From positions 38,316,001 to 38,380,000 of the forward strand of contig CM114271.1 of NCBI GenBank assembly GCA_050084515.1: DNA of 64,000 nucleotides. Reading direction: 5' to 3'. Position 1 is the stretch's first letter. Each line of letters starts with the position of its first letter. This DNA comes from Blasia pusilla. Lineage: Eukaryota. Below the pieces are notes generated by a model that had not been told where the DNA came from, searched no databases, and saw nothing but the letters and a program-made list of their open reading frames with translations. Positions 47,280 through 62,739 of the stretch are shown here, one piece after another. The position numbers and the translations under genes are program-made.

Positions 47280-50167
47280 TCCACATGACTTAAGTGATTA
47301 GTTCACTTAGATCATGTAGAGACTTAAGTCACAAGAAAATAGACACCATCAATAAAATAAGATGGGAGAAACCATAAAGAGGACTTTAAGAGCATGCAAG
47401 TTCCAAACTCAAAGTGTGTGGGAGTGATCATCTTTTGAGATGTTCATCCTTCCAACACAAGGTGTAGCTAATTAAACCCCTTCTTTACTAACACATTTCT
47501 ATCAATTTATAGTTAGCCAGAAAAAATCTGTTTGAGACGAATGGTTATATGATGTGGATATATGATGGATGTATACTTTTAATCACTTTTTCCCCAAAAA
47601 TCAAAGGTATTACCGTATTATTCAAGGTCGTTAGTTTTAAGATGTAGAAAGATCCCCTCTTTTTTAACTACAAAGTATGGTCAACTTCTTTGAATTTCCA
47701 ATATTTTAATGACAAAAAATTCATCCTAAAAATAAATATTAAAAACCATGAGGAAGAAATTTTTTTGGAAAAATCTAGAAAAATAAGAAGTATAAATGTT
47801 CCCTCAATAAAAACATACATAAATTTTAGCACCCCTATTAATAAAAAATAAAAACAAGGTAAAGCTCTCACATTATGAGGTATCTCGTAACCAATGCAAA
47901 CCACCAACCAATCAACCAACAGTCAGAATCTAATTAGGGAAATAAATCATGATTTGTGTTATGGACTTATGTATTTCTATTAATATGTGGTTCCTTGGAA
48001 CGTTTCAAAACACTTCTTGAGGGAATCCGTATAAACTTCAACCAAGGTTGGATATTCGTGTTGTCAAATTTTAATGGTAAATTCGTATTTAAGCAATGCA
48101 TTGGATCACAATGAATGATGATGTAAAGTGATAGAAAAATAGTTTTTGCCCTGAAAATTGTGATCAAAAAATACCAAGTAGGATTTTTCTCCTAGATTAT
48201 TTTTAGATTTAACTTTATTTGAAAAAAAAATTTGGATATTTGTGGTGATCCCAACAATAAAATAATTTCCCTGTGAAGCCTTTGCATCTATGTCAAATTA
48301 TAGAATGTAACATTCAAGAAGCTTATTTTCATATGATTAATTAATCAATATCTGGGGGTGATGCTCTTCTTACGAAAGGAAAATTTACTCTAAAATAAAT
48401 GAGGCTCTTTTCAAAATGAAAATACGAAGGTCTCATATTACTTCTCATAGAAGGGAAAAAAAGTGAGTAGCTAAGTTACAAATTATTATGTAGGAATAGA
48501 ACCCTTAGTAGATTCCTAAATTTGAAATTTGAAAGAAATGGATAGATTTTTTTTAAACACCCTAAATGGGATGTCGAGATGTCTCTTTTCTCTTGTAGAT
48601 TAATTCGTATTTTTTACCACACTCAAAGATTCTTTCTCACACACATGTGTCAAGACCACACAAGAAAATGAAAGCAAAAATGGCTCATATCACCAATCAT
48701 ATATTTAGTCTTAATAATAAGTAGTGTCATTGTGTCATATCCATCCTTCCCTATAAGGGACTCCACAATGTACCACTACAGCTCCTACCAAATCCAAGCA
48801 TAAGAAATGTTTCCTAGGCTAAACTTGAGAATAATGGCTCTTCAGAGCCACATCCTCACCTTATATATCTTTAGAAAGAGCAAAAATAGATTTCGTAAAC
48901 CCGTAAGCCACCAATCCCACACGAAAGATAGCAAATGAAATTGATGACCTACGTACACATATTATGAAGTGACCATTCATGAAATCAATAGATCATCTAA
49001 CCTAAAACAAAAACTAGATAACTTGATCCCTTCTACATATGATAATATTTGTACCTACCTCATCCAATCATTCAAGATAAAAGACACAACAAAAAATTCC
49101 AATAATTTTCGAGTCTCCACAATGTTAATGTGTAAAACTCAAACCTTTGACTAATTATGATGTGCAAATTCAAGTTTATGTATTTTTTCTGTAACTTACA
49201 CTACTATTGATACCTATACCAAAATAAAATTTTCATCTTTCCTTGATATGGAAAGACTCATACACGCACATACACACGTTAAGACCACATAATTGAAAAT
49301 TATATCAATCATCTTACTCCAAGAAATACCTATGACATCCAAACTAACGTAATCTACTACTTTGTATAGATCTAGGACATAATCATTGTCCCATAGGAAC
49401 TATATAAAAGAAGGATGTCCAATGTAATAAATTCAAAACTTTAGGAAAACCATTAACAAACCAACCTAGTAGCTATATCCTTGAATGATCCACACAAAGT
49501 ACACCTTACATCCATGGATAAGATTGAGAAGCTTGGATCTCCTCGCCCATTCTATTAGCCAATGTTAACACTAGTTTACTATCCTAATGAGAAAATCTAG
49601 AGTCACTCATTGGAATCATTTCCTCAAATCCAAGATTGCATTATCTTTCCAAGTGGGATGCACTTTAAACCTTATGCAAAGGAATTAAGTTCACATAAGT
49701 ACCCCTCAGAATAGAACATTTTTACACCATAAATAGTCATGAAAATTTTACATCTAGGTCCAATACTCATCACATCCAATAATATTTTTGTTCCTCACCA
49801 TGATCATACATGGTGTACACTCATGTCATATTTTGCCCAACTTTACATGGTTAACGTTGAGCATATGGTATCTTTGTTAGTTATATGAAGATATAAAAGC
49901 CTTTGGTTGCATTATGGAGTAAACGCCTTAAACTTTCTCCAAATCTAGATTATAATCTAAATTTGGGAAAGGTTTTGCAACAATGGTTGAAACAATCGTC
50001 TTCTCATTGTCATTGATCTTGAAGCTTGTATAACTTAAAGAGTCATTACAAGTTAGCTTAAGACATTTATCAAGTTTTTCATCTAGTAAATCGAAATGAT
50101 AAATCTTCAATCCCGTCGTAGAGTCCGTCCTCTACTTCACCTAACTTCACCCTGAATCACTCAAGAC

Positions 50168-50490
50168 CTTGAGCTTTGCAAGCAAAAAACATAGATTCCT
50201 AAATACTCAACCGGTTGCGTTTTTCGTAGATAGTTGAGAAGCCACCAAGCGCTAATCAGATCGAGCCCTAAGTGCGTATTTTCACCCTTGGAAGTCTCTT
50301 CCCCAAGCTTTCACTAATCTCCCCAAGTCGCTCGCGTAAACTAGGGTGCATGGATTGATTCCTTGAGGTGGGTCCCTTAGCTCAAATATGAAACATGACA
50401 AAAACGCATCATAATTAGTTCCTAGTTCAAGGACTTGAGCAAGTAGAGAGGGAGAGAATTCCCCCTATAGATACTTCTAGGGTTCTTTGA
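50168..50490. repeat. LTR-like remnant, related to 27690-28010 (may extend to about 50980)
   Basis: Colinear shared blocks with 27690-28010. Confidence 0.65.
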
Positions 50491-53400
50491 GCTAATCCCA
50501 CCTTCATTATTGTCCCCCTCGAGCCCTTGATTTTTGCCCTTAATCCAAACGTGGTTCATGAGTCATGACCCATGGATTGACGTTTGACTAGTTATCCATC
50601 AAAATGGCTTGGCGGAGGCTTCTTGGCTCCCCAAATGCATCTTGGAGATTGGACCTACGTTTCATGTGTCTCATGGCTAGCATCCATCTTGAATCCATGT
50701 TTGGCGTCTCATGGCCCCCCTAAGCGTTTTGTGACTAGTCTTGTGGGGTCTGGCCCATCTTGACTATTCACGTGTTCCTTGCTTCTCCCCTTGACTTATT
50801 GCTTGGCTCTAAGGTCTCAAACCTTGCTTTCCTTTCCTTTGTCCCTGCAAGTAGCTACCTCCCTTTCTCACCTAAGACCAATCACAAGACATATGCACGT
50901 ATGACCTAACATTAGTTATGAGGTTGGTTTCATTGCCCTTTCTAGTCTTCAGACTAGCTAGTCTAGATTTTGAATTTGATGGGTCACACCAAGGTCTTTC
51001 CTCATTTGATTTGCTCCTAGATCCTCGCTAGCTTTGGCGCCATAAACTTAGCTATTCGCGACGAATCCCTATGATGTTGATATTTGAGTTGATTCCTCTT
51101 TCCTTCCATAGAACTTATAACATGCATTATATGGGGCCATTCTAGTTTCTTCTCTAAAGGAGATAATTTCCATGTCATATTTACTCTTTTAAATAAATTT
51201 TACCTTACTTACAAAATAATTTTCTCATATAAATATTTTATTTAAACTAATAATAATTTTTATATAATGCACTAATGCCCCATGATCATAGACTATATTT
51301 TTAGAAATATATCTCTCCATTTTTTATTCAAAATTATGAATTATTAAAAGCTATAAAAATATTCCAAATCTAGAAAAGGAAACATATAACTTATGAGAAC
51401 TCATTGCTCTCTTAAGATATTATTTTCAAAGTAATCTTTGTGTTTTATTTTAATTTTTACATTTTTACATAATTATATGTAATTTAATGACTCATCCATT
51501 TCCTTTCCATATGAGTAATGGATGGGATTTCTTTGAAATTGTGGAAAATAAGGAAGAAAAATTGGTGGGAAGGTTTTTCTTTAACATGAAGAGGCGGGGC
51601 TGATAAGTTCTCCAAACTAAGAAGACAATAGTTAGATGAGGAAAGGGGATGAATGATTTTCCAAATACATAAGAGAGGACTTAAACGAGGAAGGAGGAAT
51701 CTAGGGAGGTAATTGAGAAGGGAAGATCACCTTTATCCAAAATGAAAAGAGGATTTCTTCTTCTTCTTCTTCTTAGTCATGTATTCTCAAACTATAACTT
51801 TCAAACCAAAATTGGAAAAAATAATTTATGATCCACTTGGTGTAACCTTGTAACAATATTTGGAAGGCGAAGAAGAAGCATTTTCCCACTCCAAACACAC
51901 TATTGCCTAATGATGTATTTTTATGGGTTCTTTAAAGGTACTATCTATGGTCAAAAAAATTCTAAGTGAGATTAAATTTAGCCATGGTTTGGATTTTATC
52001 ATGTTTCAGTAAGCCGATATTCTCTAACTGCAAGCAGACAAACTTTTACATTAATTTCTCTTAGTAAGAAATCAACTGTAACAATAAGAAATATTTTCCC
52101 TTTCGAAAACGAGGAATAGCTTGCCTACTCTATATTCGATGTAATGCAGTAGTCATTATAGTGAGCACCAGAGTGTTAAAAACGATATTAATGTGTGAGT
52201 TGCACTCAAGAAGTCGTTATGATCATAGGCCAATCTTTCTATCCGTAGGCCAGAGAAAATTTTTTGGATTTGAAGTAAATTTAATATAATATCATTAGTA
52301 GATATTTTGAAGTAAATTTAATATAATATCAAGCAACTCGCACCAACCTCCCTCGCAAATCTATTTACCGCCACCGCACTTTATTAAATAAATGCAATTT
52401 ATCGTAATCAAGTCCATCGCATACTAAAATTATTATTAATTCCTGCTTTTGTCGTACAATCTGAATGAATAGGTGCTTTGATTATCTGAAAAAAGTCTTA
52501 CTAGATATGGCTTTCAGATTTAATTTTCTACATTATTTTTATTAAAACTATGGAAAACCTTAGGAGGAATGATCTCGTCTAGAAGTCATCTTAGTTTTCA
52601 TGTGTTGAATTTCACGTCTAACCTCACGAATTTAGTTCACAAATATTGAGTTATGATCCACTTAACCTAAATGTTTTGCACATAAATGTTTAGGATCACG
52701 TCTCATAGTGGAAGCGGTCGTAAGGTTCACTTTTGTTTGACTATTTTGACAAAAGAAACTGTCATACATCTTGGGACAATAAAGTTGTGGTTAGACCTTG
52801 GGTGTATTAGAGACCGCCAAAACGCTAACGTCCCATCCTAAGGAAAGAAGATGCACTTCGATAAAAACGAGTGATGGAAAACCCATCGGAAGTACAAAGA
52901 GGGGGACTCAAAGAGTCAAAACCTGAAGGACACATCAGGACCAGAAAAGGAAGAAGGGGGCATTCCCCCTAAGGAAAGCAAAATAAATCCCAAGCTACAA
53001 CCCATTGTTCTTTTTGTTCTCTGTGAACATAAAATATTTTTTTATATAATTGATTAAGGGGGAGAAAAAAAACCTTTCTTTCTTTACCCTTGCGTCGTTT
53101 TTTATTTATTTATTAAGACGAGAGCGAGCTCTTTGTTGACAATCCCAACACACCCTTTAGGGTCCACCTTTTCTAGGTGTTGACTTGGAAGCCTATTTTG
53201 TTTCTAGATCCATGAGAGAGAGAGAAAACCTCGACCGAAACGAAGGGTTGAGTTTGGTTCTGGTGAATTAAATAAAATATTTAATCCCATGCCAGCTGTT
53301 TGGTTTTCTAAGTTTGGGTTTGTAACAGCAACTGGGCTTTAAATGAATAGGTGGAGAATAAAACATTGGGGCTTTGACATTGATACTTTTCTAGCGACAC

Positions 53401-54706
53401 TTGAACGAAACTTGCGTTAGAAGAGATAGCGTTATACGCCTCACCACTAAGAGAGCGCTTTGTGTCATGAAATGGTCCACTTCGTGTTTTATGACAAAAT
53501 ATGTCGTTTTCTCGCGCCTCTTTCAAGAGTCCAAGATTTGGAATTATAATATTTTAATCCATGAAGATCACATGTAATCTTTATGATTGCAATTTTTTAG
53601 TGAGCTTTTGCGCCTTTTTATTCGCTTCTTGCAATGATGTCCATCCAGCTTGAGTTCCATCCAGGATTTCGAAGATATTTTCCATTGTGAGGCCTTTCTT
53701 CTTAGTTGAAAAGGTGAGGGTTTTGGATATGTTTACAAAATGATTTCTTGGTTAATTATTTTGTGAAATGATTCACACTTTATGACATCAGTTGACAAAG
53801 AATCTTAATAAGTTCTATAGTAGATTCTGTTTATGTCATCTTGTTTTAAGTTATGGCAATTACGTAATCCAATGTTATAGTTATGGGGAGGGGAGGGTAG
53901 GAGGAGGGGGCATTTAATTAATAAGCAATATGTTTGAATTTTCCTACTTGAACCACATTAGAATAAATCAGGTAGAGAAAATTCATAGGTATTTGAATGG
54001 AATACAAAAATATTTTATTAAGTAATTGATAATGTATTTAATATTATAATGGGTAATTACAAGTATTATTAAAATATAATAATTTTGATAAAAAATAATT
54101 CTTAATTTTTTTTCTCTTCATTCACATGTGATGGTAAGGGAAAATAAAATTTAAAGAAGAAAGAGTGGATTTAATTTTATGGAAGGGTAAAATTTATTTA
54201 GGGGATTGGGATACCATTTAAATTTGAATGATATCCCAACTACTTAGAAGAGTGAAACGCTATTACTCTTCTAAGATTTGAGAAAATAAGAATTATATTT
54301 ATTTTTTGATATTAGTGATATGATTATTTTCAAAATTAATCATATTAATTTACATATGATATTTAGTGAAGGGCAAATAAATTTGAATGGAAAAGGAAAA
54401 TGATTTTGTTAATTAAATTTAATTAATAAATTATTTAGTGAATGTGATTTTGATGGGAAGGGTGGAAAGAAAAGAATAATTATTGATGGAACTTTTAGGG
54501 AGGAATTTAATTACTTAGGGGAGATGGATATTATCTAAAGGTGATTTTCTTACTCTTTTAAGATTTATAAAAGTGGAAATTGTACTTAAAATTTGAAATT
54601 AAAAATATTCCAAAAATTTTAGTATAATTTTAAAAATATCATTGACACATTTTTTTAAGTCCTTCTATTGAAGGAACTATGTTAGGCGTGCATGGCATGA
54701 GCAACA

Positions 54707-54934
54707 TCTATATTATTGTGGTAGAGTGTCTTCTTGATTTCCAAACGTCTTTTTGTTTGACACGTGGCAACTAGGTAGCAAGAAAATGTTTCTCCTTATA
54801 CTGGCAGCAAGAAAAAAAAATTAAATTTGTGTGTAACATCATTAATCCCTTGCCTTCACAGCCTATACACTAATAAAAGTTCTTCAAACACTTTTTTTTT
54901 TAATTTCCCGTGCATTGCACGGGCACCTTACTAG
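54707..54934 (+). mobile_element. Non-autonomous mini-Helitron (228 bp)
   Basis: A|TCTATATTATT 5' end, CCCGTGCattGCACGGG hairpin, CTAG|T 3' end; homologous to 26139-26353. Confidence 0.9.
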
Positions 54935-54956
54935 TAATGATTGTGAAACAATTGGG

Positions 54957-55334
54957 CAATTTCCAATTATGGATAGTCATATCCCAATAATAATATATTA
55001 TGTAAGCCTGAAAAAAATTATCTACCATAACTGACTCTAGAAAATCTCAAGTGCCATTTAAAATCAATTTCAAAAAATCTTATTGGTTTATAAGATAAAC
55101 GATCTTATTGATTGAAAGTGCCAAGTGTCAAAGAGAGAGGAGTTTGCAAAATGAAGAGACAATCTCCGATAATAATATATATAGGTAGATTATGGATTTT
55201 TTTGACTATTGGAGAATCGCTAACCACTTGGCGAGTATGACATTCTTGTTCCTAGAGTCAGTTATGGTAGATAATTTTTTCAGGCTTACATAATATATTA
55301 TTATTGGGATATGACTATCCATAATTGGAAATTG
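54957..55334. repeat. Near-perfect 84-bp inverted repeat (54957-55040 / 55252-55334) around a 211-bp spacer
   Basis: The arms differ only in the length of one A run. Confidence 0.95.
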
Positions 55335-58300
55335 GATTTATGTAACTTCTTTGTATATCGTGTCTGAAAATCAGGATTACTGTTTCCCATATGAAATTCC
55401 CAGAAATGTACCATGTCTCACTAAAAAACTCCTCGAACCCTTATGGTAAGACCACTCATACTTATGTTTTTTTTGAGGCAGCCTAGTAGCATGTTTAGCT
55501 TAGAATTGTGTGATCTTGGTTTAAAGAGAAAACATTTGCAAGCAATAAATTGAGTTATTTATGCGTTCTCGACATGCCAATACAAACTGTTTTTCATTGC
55601 AAAATAATAGATGGGAATAGTCCTCGGTGTAAAAGAACAAATCAATAAATAGAAATAAATCAAAAAATAAGGGAAAAACTCTTATTACCAACAAGCCAAC
55701 TAGGCTTAGTAGCTAGGATGTTGACACATAGAAGTCTTCTATATGATATCTTGAGTTTGGAGTCTAGGTAGAATGTAATTTGGCACTAGTCGGCATGCTT
55801 GTGAGATGCATTATTTTGAACTTCATGTAATCTTAACCTTCCTTTTCTACCTTGTTCAAATGCTTGTTGTCCTCCCTAAATCAACTTCCCAACTTCAAGT
55901 TCCATGCCCACTTCTTCATATCTAAACCTTCCATTCCCATACCTATTTTAAAAAAATTACTCATATATAAAATGATTATAAACCTTGAAGAACTCTTCTA
56001 GCCATTTACGCAGTTATATAGATTGCTATTTTCCTCCATCCGCTTTTCATTTCAAATCCCCACCTCGTCCATGCCTCACATGGACGAGGTAGGGAGAAGT
56101 GAGACTTTTTTCTTCATCTTAAAAGTCCCTTGCCTTTCTCATTTTGGGAAAAAAGCATAACTCCCCTCATTTGAAACAATCTACCACCCCCTTGCTTATT
56201 TTGATTTCTCTTCTTCCTCCCCCCTTAACCCCCTTCTTGACAACTAATGTGTATGTCCATTGGTAACTTACAAACTCTATCCCCATCCCTCTCACTATTT
56301 CTATGTGGGGAAAATCACTCCCTAATATCCCATCTCATTAAAAAATAACAACAACCTCCCCTACTCATAGTGTCACCTACCTACAACGTGAGTAGCCCAT
56401 CTTGGAGGAGAGAGAATGGAATTTTTCCTTCGTGTGTGGGCAACGAGACCATGCTTGGGGATTACGAATTTGGAAAAAGATCCAAATCAAAGAAACATTC
56501 TTCTATACGAGAACCCCAAGATTTGTTTTGAAATTTGAACACGAAGGTGTCTTTCTAGTGGAGTCTTTAAAACACAATTGGAAGGGACTTCTAAGGCCTA
56601 ACTGCTTCCCATTGGCTCGAAAAATTATTCCTTCCATGAAAAATATCTAAAAGGGTCATGTGATTCAAGTTTCTTTTGGGTGTTGTGGATGTACATGAAC
56701 TTTCCCATTGGAAAATTGCCAGAAATTTCTATTCTAAATACATTTTTATGGGCTTTTGCTCCTTTTTTGCTATGCTGTTGGCTAGTTTGAAAGTTTTAAA
56801 GGTTTTAATTTAAATTGATTGTGAAACCGCATTCAGAAAAACTTCCAATTAATTTATCCAATTTCCACACAATAAAAATTTTTGGATAGTAAATATGGTC
56901 TTTTATTCCAATTTAATTCAATTTTTAGGGATGGATTCCAAAGAAACATAGCCTGGAAAAAAATATTCCTCTATGTCATTTTCAAATCCAGATTAATTTT
57001 TGACATATTTTAAATATGGAATAAGAGAGGTTTCTCACTTGAAATTTTTTTGGAACTAAGATCATGGGTAGCAGGGCTCCGTGGAAATTGAACAAAGGTA
57101 TAAAATTAACTTTTCGTGTTACCATTGCAGACGATGTTGTCCACTTTATGCTAAATTCTTGGCACAAATTTTTTAAAGCTGATCATTTCTCATCCAATAA
57201 AAGAAAAACCCCACCTTCAAAATTGTACCAGAAGAGAAGAGAAAAGAAAAGCACTACACGTGTTGACACCTCCATCCTCAAACTTCATTCCTTCAGCATA
57301 TGATGAGAATGAGAATTCCAATCACAAAAAGAATGAAAGTTCCAAACACGAAAAGGGCTTTGTTGATTCATTCTACCTTCTAACCTTTTGAGCTAATTAC
57401 TCCAAATCTGATAGACAAGGGAAAAGAGGCGTTTTGATACGCCAGCGGAAATGGGGGGAAATATAGCCTTTTAAGAGGATAATTTATTTAAAGATGAACC
57501 ATTATTAGGGTTTGATGATCTCCATTAAAGGAAAATACTCAAGAATTTGGATGACGAAAGCATGAGCTAGGGTGTGAATAACTTTTTCTAGAATGTTTGT
57601 TGGCATAATTAAGTTTCTTAATTATGACAATGTGGTCTAATTCCAAAAGTGTTGGCGCTTGTTTTCTATTAAAGTTTATAATTCTTATGGGGGGCAGTTG
57701 CTCTTATTCAAATGGAAAAAAAGGGTCTAAAACTTGACTGTCGAAACTTCACTTGTTAAGAGTCTCACAAAAATAAGAAGGAAAATGGAGGCCCAATTAA
57801 TTGTGCGAACTTTTTAATTATACTTAACGGAAAATCAGGACATCTTTCCTCGTTCGTAGACAGAAAAGAAATTAAAAAAATTATGCAAGAAAAATTTATA
57901 TTAATACGAGAATATTATTAAGCTGCCCGTAAGTGGCCGGGCAAGGTGCACGGGAAGTATCGGACTATACTATGCACATGGCACCTTAAAAAAAATTCAA
58001 GTAAAGGGTGGCAAAAGTAATTGTTTTGAGAGGGCAAGGTTGGGAGGCACTCCTTTGTCAGAGCATATATTTTGAGTGAGAGATCATATATGTGCTTTCT
58101 TATTTCTAGATTTTATTAATTGAAATTTTGTATGAATAAAATTTTAATTAATAAGAGGTGAATATCACAAAATATGGGAAAAAGAAACTCATTAGGCCAA
58201 TCAAAATTTGGTAGCTTAATTCTTGTCATGTTAAGAGATTTAATGTGATATAGTCTTGTGTTCTAAATCTTGCTAAAATGGGATGTTGCCTGAGGTGATA

Positions 58301-58974
58301 TGCTTATACAATGCACGACGAAAAAATAAACAAAAAATCTCAACCTTCTCTTGTTAACATCCCTCGTATAGGAGACTAGGACATAGGTGATGCATGTGCA
58401 GGTAAGATAATGCTCATGTGCCTTTTATGACTCATAAGTGTGTGAGTATGCTAATGAGGTAAAAAGTTGAAATAGAAAACCCATGCCTTTCTTGGAAAAT
58501 AAAATCACTTTGTGGGAATTGAAACAATGAATAGGAAGGTGTTTATGGGATGTGATGTTACTTACATTAAATGGTAATGTAAGGAATCCCATAGGTCTTG
58601 AAGTTTGTGATGGACTAAGAAATCTTCATTCACTCACTGACTAACATACAAAAGGAAACCCAAATATACCTATACTATTATTTGTGTTTGTGGTTAAGGA
58701 ACGTAAAATTCTTGTTAGACCCCATATGTGCTATAAGGATGGTCGAAGCCAAAATAAGTCATGTCAATTTTTGTCATTAAGATTTACTTATAAGTTCTTT
58801 TAAGGACAAATTTCCTCATGAATACTTGCTTTTTGTCTCTTTTATGATTACAACTTGCTTAAAATTTTTTTTGGAATGTAATATATTTTTGTATATGGCA
58901 TGCACCAATAATATAGTGTTTCTTATTTTATCTTGTAGTAAAACATGAACATGCCTACAATAATATAGACTAGT

Positions 58975-59945
58975 AATTTATTGTTGTGCCATTACTATAT
59001 TTACAACCAAATTGCAAGTCTTGAAAGCCGCATCTTAACCGTGTTGGACTTGCAACTTTGCCAGTCCTACACCCGCAAAACTCATAATTGGACTTATTAT
59101 TTATGGTTGCGACACGACTCAACGGTTTTTTTTTCTTACACTTGTAGTTTAGTTGTAGTTGGGTCGCAATGAACTTGAAAAGTTTTTGCAACTTTGCGTC
59201 TTAACTACAATTCCGAATTGCAAAAAAAATCGCAGCAAGACTCACAAGATGATCATAAAGTTTTTCATTTCCAAAATTTAGGTTTAATTTCATGCTTGCA
59301 AAAATATTCCAATTAATACACGTGACATTTAAATCAAAGTTGCTAAATGATGCAATAGCCGCTACCATGAACTTGGTGTGCCGCACTTGTGGGAGTGCAC
59401 TGAATCTATAGACGATCCTACATCCAAAGACATCTCCATGGATGATGTTGTCATCAACGCTGGTCCATAGCTCTCAATCAGCTTGCTATTGCGAACCCGA
59501 TTTCGAAACCTTTCCCCCTTGTCCTCTACACCATTCCAAAATAGGAGAAAAAGAAAGAGAAGGTGAGATTGTAATGATAGGAGCTTTGCAGTGTTTGAGA
59601 GAAGGATGATTATGTGGCAAGTGGTAGGCTTTTGGGATATGTTTGCGAGTCTTGTATGAGCCTTCTATGCCTCTATTGTGAGTATCAATCGCGAGTATTA
59701 TTTGAGTCGTGGGACTCACAAAGTACTTTCTCGGGAAAAATGCATGGAATTGCAATTATTTGTAGCTTCCTAGACTTGAAAAGTTCAAACTTTGTGTATT
59801 TTGAGAGTTGCAAAAGACTCGCAATTTTCCATTTTGCAAGTTCCAAGACTTGCAATGGTTTGTGACATTGATGAGTCACAAAAATTTTGTTTGAGACTCA
59901 TCTACCATTGCCACAAGTTGCAAAGTACTATAAAAGTCGCAAAGG
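58975..59945 (-). repeat. Second copy of the ttgcaa-rich dispersed repeat
   Basis: Reverse-complement similarity to 24530-24945. Confidence 0.5.
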
Positions 59946-62739
59946 ATGAAATTGTATCCAAAGGGTGAGTATTTATATCCAAATATGCCCTCATCTCCTC
60001 ACTTTTAAAGTTTCTTCCACTTGTTTACTTTTTTACCTCACTTCTTTCTGAACTAGAGTCTTTCTTGGAATAGTCTAGTGGTGCTGCAAGCGAATAGGAA
60101 AGCAGATGTGCTATGTAGACCTCAAGTATTATCCATGAAATGGCAGGGAATCCTTGAGCGAGAGCATACACATGAGACAAGGTGTTTGCGCTTGTGGTAC
60201 ACGTCTTTGCCTACTCTGATCACACACAAGTCTTATAAGCCGACCAAGGTGGTTGTTGGTGAGTAACACTTTACTCTACTTACCTTACTCTACAAGGATT
60301 CTCCAACAACCCGATGTTAGATACAAAAGTGGATGCGTGTACGTAAGACCAATACCCACATCATTGCAAATGGAGGATGCGACCAAGGTTGCGTGGACCT
60401 AACACATGTACTAATTGTCAAATAAGCCTTGATTGTGATGTGCATGGTAGAGAAGATCCAATCTTACATAAAAAATGTCCTTAGACATGCCAAGTCCACT
60501 CTAATCTTAACAAGGATTATCCTACTCTTTTAAGGACCCGGTCCCATGCGGTCGAGGTCGCTAGGACCCAACCTTAGGGTTCCGGATAACCAAGATCTAA
60601 CAAATGGGACACACATACATTAATGGGAACATGCAAAGGCTTGTGCCCTGCCTTCGTGCCGCTAGAAGGTAGAGCACACACCTTTGCGACTTTGCCACCA
60701 CCCATTTGCAATTATCAAGAACTAGGGAATTGACAAAGAGGAAATAGCAAGTACATAAACCCCAATGGTATTCTTCCAATTGCTCCATGATGGGCGCAAC
60801 GACCCTATCGTTGCGATTGGGCATGGAGCGGGTCTAGACAAAAACAATGAGAGAAAAGTAACCCTCTACTATCTATATAATCTATCTCTGAAAAGAGGAT
60901 GGGGTTGAGGAAACCCTCCTCCAGGTTGACCCATGTGGTTTATGCTCTGCTGGCACGTGTAGTATTTAACAAAAGAACTAAATTAAGAGGTAATTTAACT
61001 ATGTGATTTTCACCCGTGATTGTACTAATATTGATAGATATATTAGATGAGACAAAGAGATGGAAAGAAAAATCATATTATAGGAATGGGAGAGTCTTTC
61101 CTTTCCAGTGAGGCTACAACGAAGTACCCGTGAAATTACCATCGTGAAAGAAATATAATTCTTTTGGGTTTCAAGAAGGAATTTTATGCTCCACACCGGT
61201 CCTGAATGCTGGTCTGGACCAATGACCATTCCCTCCGTCCCTCCTCGGGGCATCCGTCCACTTCGGTTGGTTCCCTTATTTGTTGACAGCCCCTATTACC
61301 CAAGTCGGTCGTCCGCTTTTGTCTTACGTTGCCCTAAAAAGCAAGTTTTTAGGGCGGAATTGGGGTATTGTCGTCGCAGCGAATCCACTTCTCGCCCGCG
61401 AAAGCCGACGGCATTTTTTGTCACCTAGACCCAAATCTCGCTCGCGATCACGTGAGTCGCACCGCCAATAGCATCGAATGGCGTGGGCCGCGAGGCGGAG
61501 GAGAACAGGGATGTCTCGCCTCTCGCGCATGGGCTCGAGAAGCGCCGCAAGAAACGCTCCAAGAATTGTGGCGTCGCTGCGCGTCCAGTGCGTCACGATG
61601 CGCCAGGAAAGCTGTGCGCTTAGTGGGGGCCTCGCTAATCAAGGCTTTCGCAGTTGTGTTGCCCCTGATGACGGCGCGGCGAGGAGGAGGAGGGAGCGGG
61701 TTTAGCGGTGGGAGTGATTAATTAATTAGCGGGCTGTTAAGGGCCGGAAACGGCCCGGATTCGAGACGGGGAGACTATCGAGTCTCGACTGCTTCGCTTT
61801 CGTGGGTGGCGGTTAGAGCTCTCGATCGGAGGGGAGAGGCATGAGAAGCGACGCGATTCCGATTCCATTCGCGCTGCGCCGGCGAGCGGGCATCGGTGGA
61901 GGAGTGAAGGAATGGAAGGACACGCTGAAGGTGTTCAATTCTACAGAAACTCCGAGGATTTCTGGATATGGATTTGGCTGGAGACGATGGCCGTGAGTTC
62001 TCTCTCTCTCTCGCCTGGAGCGCTGAATTTAGAGTTCGTTTTTAGGGGATGAGGAGCGGTGGGATGTGCATTTGGATGGAGACAACGGCTGTGACTGATT
62101 GGAATTACCACGATTGGAGTTCCAGAACGCCTTCAAGAGCCGGCCCTCGAGGTCTGCGATTGCGTGGCAAGACAGAATCGGGTTGAGGTTGCTCTACTCT
62201 CACGTCGGTGCGTGAAAGCTAGAGCGCATCACCTGCAACGAACGAAGGACCTCTTAGATTCTCGGCGATGGTGGCGGTTTGTCCAGTTCAACTGTTGCAG
62301 TCTTTGCAAATCGAGTCTCCTGTCGCTTTGGGATCCCCGCACACTGTAAATCACTTCAGTCATTCATTTCATCCACTCTCTCTTTGTCTATTTGTCTATG
62401 CCCATATGCAGGAGCGAAGCGTTTGGAGGAGTTGATTATAAGAATGAGATTATGAAGAATCTTTGAATATTGGAAGGAATGAGAGATAGTGGAGCTGTTG
62501 CGACTGTCAGTCAGCGAACGAGTGGCGCCTTCATTCTGATTGTGAGCGGAAGGCGATCGGTAAACGAGGAGCCGTCGGTTGATTGCTCGACTGTGCGAGG
62601 GTTCGATTCAGGAGATGGGCGTGCCGGTGGCGAGCGGAGGCTGCACAGAGACGCGATGGTGTTCGGCGGAGCGGGGCTCGTGGAATTTTCGAGGCTGAAG
62701 CCCGAGACCTTCGCAGGCGGAGGCTGAAGCGCCGTGCCA

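Noticed and set aside
52269-52331. 26-bp direct repeat with a short spacer (CRISPR-like)
   Set aside because: Only two AT-rich copies in eukaryotic DNA; a simple local duplication.
56400-57460. Possible organellar insertion (also 51960-52500 and 53300-53720)
   Set aside because: Composition looks different from the flanks, but I could not recognise any plastid or mitochondrial gene; needs BLASTn.
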